DNA of 64,000 nucleotides from Akkermansia sp. (GTDB lineage Bacteria; Verrucomicrobiota; Verrucomicrobiia; Verrucomicrobiales; Akkermansiaceae): NCBI GenBank assembly GCA_030536145.1, contig JAUNQN010000004.1, positions 34,239 to 98,238 of the forward strand, read 5' to 3'. Shown piece by piece: positions 59,680 to 64,000 of this stretch (position 1 is its first letter; each line of letters starts with the position of its first letter). The notes under the pieces were generated by a model. It saw only the letters and a program-made list of their open reading frames with translations, ran no database searches and was not told where the DNA came from. The position numbers and the translations under genes were made by a program.

Positions 59680-60834
59680 ATGTCAAAGCGCATCATTTTG
59701 AATGAGACCAGCTATCACGGCAGCGGTGCCGTGAAGGAAGTTGCCACGGAAATCAAGGCCCGCGGCTTCAAGAAAACCCTTATCGTGACCTGCTCCGACA
59801 TGGCCAAGTTCGGCCTGGTGGCAAAGGTGACGGATATCCTGGACGGCATCGGGCATCCCTATGCCCTGTATGACAAGGTGGAGCCCAATCCCTCCGTGGA
59901 GTGCGTGAAGGAGGGCGTGGAGGCGTTCAAGGCCGCCGGGGCAGACAGCATCATCGCCATCGGCGGCGGTTCCCCGCAGGATACCGCCAAGGCCATCGGC
60001 ATCATCATCAACAACCCGGAGTTCTCCGACGTGGTTTCCCTGGAGGGCGTGGCCCCCACCAAGAACAAGGCCGTTCCCATGATTGCCGTGGCCACCACCG
60101 CCGGCACGGCGGCAGAGACCACCATCAACTACGTGATTACGGATACGGCCAACCGCCGCAAGTTTGTGTGCGTGGACCCCAACGACATTCCCGCCGTGGC
60201 CGTGGTGGACCCGGACATGATGAGCACCATGCCGAAGGGCTTGACCGCCGCCACGGGCATGGATGCCCTGACGCACGCCATCGAGGGCTACACCACGCTG
60301 GGTGCCTGGGAGCTGCCGGATACCCTGAACCTGAAGGCCGTGGAGATTATTGCCCGCAGCCTGCGCCAGGCCTGTGAGAACGACCCGAAGGGCCGCGAGG
60401 ACATGGCCCTGGGCCAGTACATGACGGGTATGGCGTTCTCCAACGTGGGGCTGGGCGTGGTGCACGGCATGGCCCACCCGCTGAGCGCCTTCTACGGCAC
60501 GCCCCACGGCGTGGCCAATGCGGTGCTGCTGCCGTATGTGATGGAGTTCAATGCCGACTACACCGGCGAGAAGTTCCGTGAGATTGCCCGCGTGATGGGT
60601 GTGCAGGGTGTGGATTCCATGAGCCCGGCGGAGTACCGCAAGGCTGCGGTGGATGCCGTGCTCCAGCTCTCCCAGGATGTGGGTATTCCCGCCACGCTGA
60701 AGGAAATCGGCGTGAAGGAGGAGGACCTGGAGGCCCTGGCAGACGCCGCCATGGCGGACGTGTGCACCGGCGGCAATCCCCGCCCCTGCACCAAGCCGGA
60801 GCTGCTGGCCCTGTACCAGAAGGCTTTCGGTTAA
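59680..60834 (+). CDS. fucO: lactaldehyde reductase / 1,2-propanediol oxidoreductase (group III Fe-ADH)
   Basis: 384 aa. It is near-collinear with E. coli FucO as I recall it: ILNETSYHGSGAV, AIGGGSPQDTAKAIG, TTAGTAAETTINYVITD, RRKFVCVDPNDIP and GMDALTHAIEGY. Confidence 0.9.
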   Translation: MSKRIILNETSYHGSGAVKEVATEIKARGFKKTLIVTCSDMAKFGLVAKVTDILDGIGHPYALYDKVEPNPSVECVKEGVEAFKAAGADSIIAIGGGSPQDTAKAIGIIINNPEFSDVVSLEGVAPTKNKAVPMIAVATTAGTAAETTINYVITDTANRRKFVCVDPNDIPAVAVVDPDMMSTMPKGLTAATGMDALTHAIEGYTTLGAWELPDTLNLKAVEIIARSLRQACENDPKGREDMALGQYMTGMAFSNVGLGVVHGMAHPLSAFYGTPHGVANAVLLPYVMEFNADYTGEKFREIARVMGVQGVDSMSPAEYRKAAVDAVLQLSQDVGIPATLKEIGVKEEDLEALADAAMADVCTGGNPRPCTKPELLALYQKAFG

Positions 60835-61007
60835 GCCCCTGCTTTCACCGGGCGGCACTGCCGCCCGCTCCCAAGGAACCGGCACGGCACGCCGCCGCGC
60901 CGGTTTCCCTTTGCCCGCCCCGCGCAGCGTGTGGAAAAAGACAGCCTTTCGGCTTGACTCCTGCAGCGGTATGGCATACCATGCGGGCAGCAACCTTTAT
61001 TCATATC

Positions 61008-61466
61008 ATGATGAAGTATGTAATCCCCGCCGTGCTTGGTGCCGCTACCGTGATGGTGGCTCCCGCCCAGGCTGCCGACAATGCAGACCCGTATTTCAAC
61101 CTGCTGCAGCGCCAGATGGAGCCGCTGAAGGCGCTGATGAAAGCGCTGGAAGGCGTGAACGACAAGGCCACGGCCGATTCTGCCGCCCCCAAGGTGAAGG
61201 AGATTGTGGATGAAATCAGCGCCATTGGCGAGGAGGTGAAGCAGCTGGGCGAGCCCGGCCCGGAGGTGCAGGCCAAGCTCCAGGAGAAGCTGGAGGCCAA
61301 TCCGGAGGTGATGCAGGTGCTGGCCGATGCCACCAAGAAGATTGTGGCGGTGTTCTTCCAGCAGGAGCCCTGCTACGGTTCCCAGGCCCTGGTGGATGCC
61401 CTGAAGAGCATGATGGAAATCACCGTGGAGCCTGCCGACGGCGCCGTGGGTGCGCCCTCCATCTAA
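61008..61466 (+). CDS. secreted helical hypothetical protein
   Basis: 152 aa from MMKYVIPAVLGAATVMVAPAQA. It shares the 'DSAAPKVKEIVDEI' helical module with 3996-4391 and with the C-terminal halves of 32866 and 33793. Confidence 0.6.
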   Translation: MMKYVIPAVLGAATVMVAPAQAADNADPYFNLLQRQMEPLKALMKALEGVNDKATADSAAPKVKEIVDEISAIGEEVKQLGEPGPEVQAKLQEKLEANPEVMQVLADATKKIVAVFFQQEPCYGSQALVDALKSMMEITVEPADGAVGAPSI

Positions 61467-61570
61467 GGCATCCGGCGGAAGCCGCTTTTCCTCCGGGACA
61501 GATTTTCAACGGGTGCCGTTCTCAACGGGGAATGGCATCCTTTTTATTCAACCCGTCTTATACCCCAACC

Positions 61571-63769
61571 ATGAATACCAAGACCATCCTGATGACGATA
61601 GCGCTGGGCGCGGGCATGCTGGCCCCGCTGGCGGCGCAAGAGACCCTGGCTCCCGCAGCGGCTGCTGCTGCCCGCCCTGCCACCCCCGGCGTGGAGTACC
61701 CCCGCTGGTCACGCCTGACCCCGGAGCAGGCCGGCAAGGATATCCGCGCCGCGCTGGACCGCGCCAAGGCCGCCATGGATGCCATCAGCCGCATTGCCCC
61801 GCAGGATGCCACGTATGACAACGTGTTCCGCGCGTATGACGAGGCGGGTGCCGACCTGAACAAGGCGGAGGGTATCATGGGCGTGCTTTCCAACACCCTG
61901 GATTCCCCGGAGGTGCGTGCCGTGCAGGAATCCCTGCTGCCGGAGCTTTCCGCCTTCTCCGCCTCCATCACGGCAAACGAGCAGCTCTGGGGCGTTATCA
62001 AGCATGCCGCCGCCCAGCCCTGGGTGCAGCAGCTTTCCCCGGCGCAGCAGCGCCTGGTGCAGCAGGTGGTGGATTCCTTCCGTGAGAGCGGTGCAGACCT
62101 CTCCCCGGAGCAGAAGGCGCGCCAGGCCGCCATCTCCGCCCGCCTCAGCCGGCTTTCCATGGATTTCGGCAAGGCGGTGAAGGACTCCCAGAACGCCTGG
62201 CAGTACGTGGTGGCGGACAAGGCGGAGCTGGAGGGCATGAGCGATACCTGGCTGGCCCGCGCCGCCGCCCGCGCCCTGGCCAAGGGCTACGGCACGGCGG
62301 AGAACCCGCAGTACATGGTGACCCAGGACCCGGACAGCGCCCGCGAGGTGCTGACCAAGTGCAAGGTGGCCAAGACCCGCCGGGCCGCCTGGGAGGGGCG
62401 CCAGACCATCGGCACCGGGCAGTTTGACACCGCGGGCATGGTGAAGGAGGTGATGGAGCTGCGCCAGGAGCTGGCGGAGCTGCTGGGGTTCAAGCATTTT
62501 GCGGATATGGCCACCGCGCACCGCATGGTGGGTAGCGGGCAGGCCGCGCTGGATTTTGTGGACGGCATGGCAGGGCAGATCCGCCCGGCGTTCCAGGCTG
62601 AGTTTGCTGATATAGCCGCCGTGGCCGCGCGAGAGACCGGCAAGCCGGTGGAGAAGATGGACCCGTGGGATATCCCCTACTACTCCATGGTGCTCAAGAA
62701 GGAGCGCTACAATTTCGACCCGGAGGCCCTGCGCCCCTACCTGGAGGCGGAGTCCGTGCGCCGCGGCCTGTTTGCCCTGGCCACCCGCCTGTACGGCGTG
62801 GAACTTACGGAAATCCCCACCGCCTGCCTGAAGGAGGGCGAGGAGCTGCCGGAGGGCACGGCAGAGGTGTGGTACCCCGGCGTGCGTCTGTTCCAGGTGC
62901 ATGATACCAAGAGCGGCGCGCTGCTGGGCTCCCTGTACCTGGACCTGTACCCGCGTGATTCCAAGCGCCCCGGCGCCTGGATGGGCCCGCTGGAGTACGG
63001 CCGCGCCGGGAAGGACGGCGCTCCCCACGCCCCGCACCTGGCCTACATCTGCGCCAACCTGACCAAGGGCGTGGACGGCCACCCCACGCTGTATTCCCAC
63101 CAGGATGTGCGCACGCTGTTCCATGAGTTCGGCCATGCGCTGCATGCCCTGCTTTCCGATACGGAGGTGCTGGGCCACAGCGGCACCAGCGTGGCGCGTG
63201 ACTTTGTGGAGCTGCCCAGCCAGCTGAACGAGAACTGGATATGGGAGCCGGAATCCCTCAAGACCTTCGCCCGCCACTACCAGACCGGGGAGACCATACC
63301 GCAGGAGCTGCTGGACAAGCTGACCGCCAGCCGGTTCTATGCCCCGGCCACGGATGCCATGAGCCAGCTCTGCATGGCCAAGCTGGACCTGGAGATGCAC
63401 ATGCACTATGCGGAGAAGTTTGCCGGGAAGGATATGGATGCGGCCTCCAACGCGCTGCTGCAGGGCATGCTGCACCCGCTGACCGTGGAGCCGCGCTCCA
63501 TGATGCGCCAGCTGCAGCACTGCGTGTGCGGCGGCTATTCCGCCGGGTACTATTCCTACAAGTGGGCGGAGGTGCTGGCGGCGGATGCCTTCACCCGCTT
63601 TGCGCAGGAGGGCGTGATGAACCCCGCCACGGGCGCCGCCTACCGCGCCGCCGTGCTCTCACAGGGTGACAGCAAGCCTGCTGCGGAGGTGTTCCGCAGC
63701 TTCATGGGCCGCTCTCCCAAGCCGGATGCCCTGCTGGAGAAGCAGGGTCTGCTGCCGCAGGGCAAGTAA
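61571..63769 (+). CDS. secreted M3-family zinc metallopeptidase (Dcp / oligopeptidase A-like)
   Basis: 732 aa from MNTKTILMTIALGAGMLAPLAA. It has the HEFGHALH zinc motif. Confidence 0.9.
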   Translation: MNTKTILMTIALGAGMLAPLAAQETLAPAAAAAARPATPGVEYPRWSRLTPEQAGKDIRAALDRAKAAMDAISRIAPQDATYDNVFRAYDEAGADLNKAEGIMGVLSNTLDSPEVRAVQESLLPELSAFSASITANEQLWGVIKHAAAQPWVQQLSPAQQRLVQQVVDSFRESGADLSPEQKARQAAISARLSRLSMDFGKAVKDSQNAWQYVVADKAELEGMSDTWLARAAARALAKGYGTAENPQYMVTQDPDSAREVLTKCKVAKTRRAAWEGRQTIGTGQFDTAGMVKEVMELRQELAELLGFKHFADMATAHRMVGSGQAALDFVDGMAGQIRPAFQAEFADIAAVAARETGKPVEKMDPWDIPYYSMVLKKERYNFDPEALRPYLEAESVRRGLFALATRLYGVELTEIPTACLKEGEELPEGTAEVWYPGVRLFQVHDTKSGALLGSLYLDLYPRDSKRPGAWMGPLEYGRAGKDGAPHAPHLAYICANLTKGVDGHPTLYSHQDVRTLFHEFGHALHALLSDTEVLGHSGTSVARDFVELPSQLNENWIWEPESLKTFARHYQTGETIPQELLDKLTASRFYAPATDAMSQLCMAKLDLEMHMHYAEKFAGKDMDAASNALLQGMLHPLTVEPRSMMRQLQHCVCGGYSAGYYSYKWAEVLAADAFTRFAQEGVMNPATGAAYRAAVLSQGDSKPAAEVFRSFMGRSPKPDALLEKQGLLPQGK

Positions 63770-63781
63770 GGAGGGCGCGCC

Positions 63782-64000
63782 ATGGGTACCAAGTCTATCC
63801 TGCTGGCCCTGGCGTTGGCCATGGCTCCTGCCGTGGCGGTGCCGGGTGCTGCCGTGGAGCCTGCCGCGCCCGCCGCGCAGCCTGCGGCGGAGCCGTGGTC
63901 CTACCCCCGCTGGTCACAGATGACGCCGGAGGGCATGGTGGCGCAGATGCAGGCCGCCGTGCGGGAATCCACCGCAGCGGTGGATTCCATCTGCGCCCTG
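63782..64000 (+). CDS. second M3-family peptidase paralog, 5' fragment (runs off the window)
   Basis: Translated by hand: MGTKSILLALALAMAPAVAVPGAAVEP...EPWSYPRWSQMTPEGMVAQMQAAV. This parallels VEYPRWSRLTPEQAGKDIRAAL of the upstream gene. It is not in the ORF track because it has no stop inside the window. Confidence 0.6.
   Translation, partial: MGTKSILLALALAMAPAVAVPGAAVEPAAPAAQPAAEPWSYPRWSQMTPEGMVAQMQAAVRESTAAVDSICAL

Overview
GC-rich bacterial chromosomal segment. It is probably from a PVC-superphylum or Verrucomicrobiota-like (Akkermansia-like) organism. That placement is an inference from three PEP-CTERM sorting signals, autotransporter-associated beta-strand (PATR) repeat proteins, abundant Sel1-repeat proteins and a Bacteroidota/PVC-style long PiT transporter; no database search was possible.

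I support about 48 protein genes, one tRNA-Arg(TCT), several intrinsic terminators and a recurring promoter motif.

Housekeeping backbone: metG, 5-formyl-THF cyclo-ligase, pgeF, valS, rnc, adk, lysA, typA/bipA, thiC, HU, panC, a ClC channel, fucO and M3/M16 peptidases.

Accessory and unusual content:
1. A tightly coupled five-gene minus-strand operon (48.4-56.2 kb). It is led by an FHA-like / split zinc-ribbon / P-loop GTPase, followed by two very large single-pass membrane proteins (one with a GAP1-like 'QLIHTS' N-terminus), a YfcE-type phosphoesterase and an Sfp-type PPTase. This is my best candidate for an uncharacterised GTPase-centred signalling or conflict system.
2. Three paralogous surface or secreted proteins whose N-terminal domains carry the IdeS/Mac (peptidase C66) Cys-His-Asp signature with IdeS-identical His-to-Asp spacing. 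They are fused to beta-helix repeats, and two of the three also carry a PEP-CTERM anchor.
3. An M16 metallopeptidase fused to a gingipain-like (clan CD) module.
4. Three Sel1-repeat proteins, one with 30 tandem repeats.
5. An inverton-like inverted-repeat pair upstream of a giant PEP-CTERM adhesin.
6. A TGTGGTAGAAT extended -10 motif placed 6-9 nt from start codons, implying leaderless mRNAs. This includes thiC, which therefore has no room for a TPP riboswitch.
7. A HipB-like regulator with a perfect 12-bp operator and a decayed hipA next to the tRNA.

The many long antisense ORFs in the six-frame track are GC-content artefacts. All start codons were chosen by eye from signal peptides, SD spacing and gene overlaps. 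All family assignments rest on motifs I recognise in the translations.
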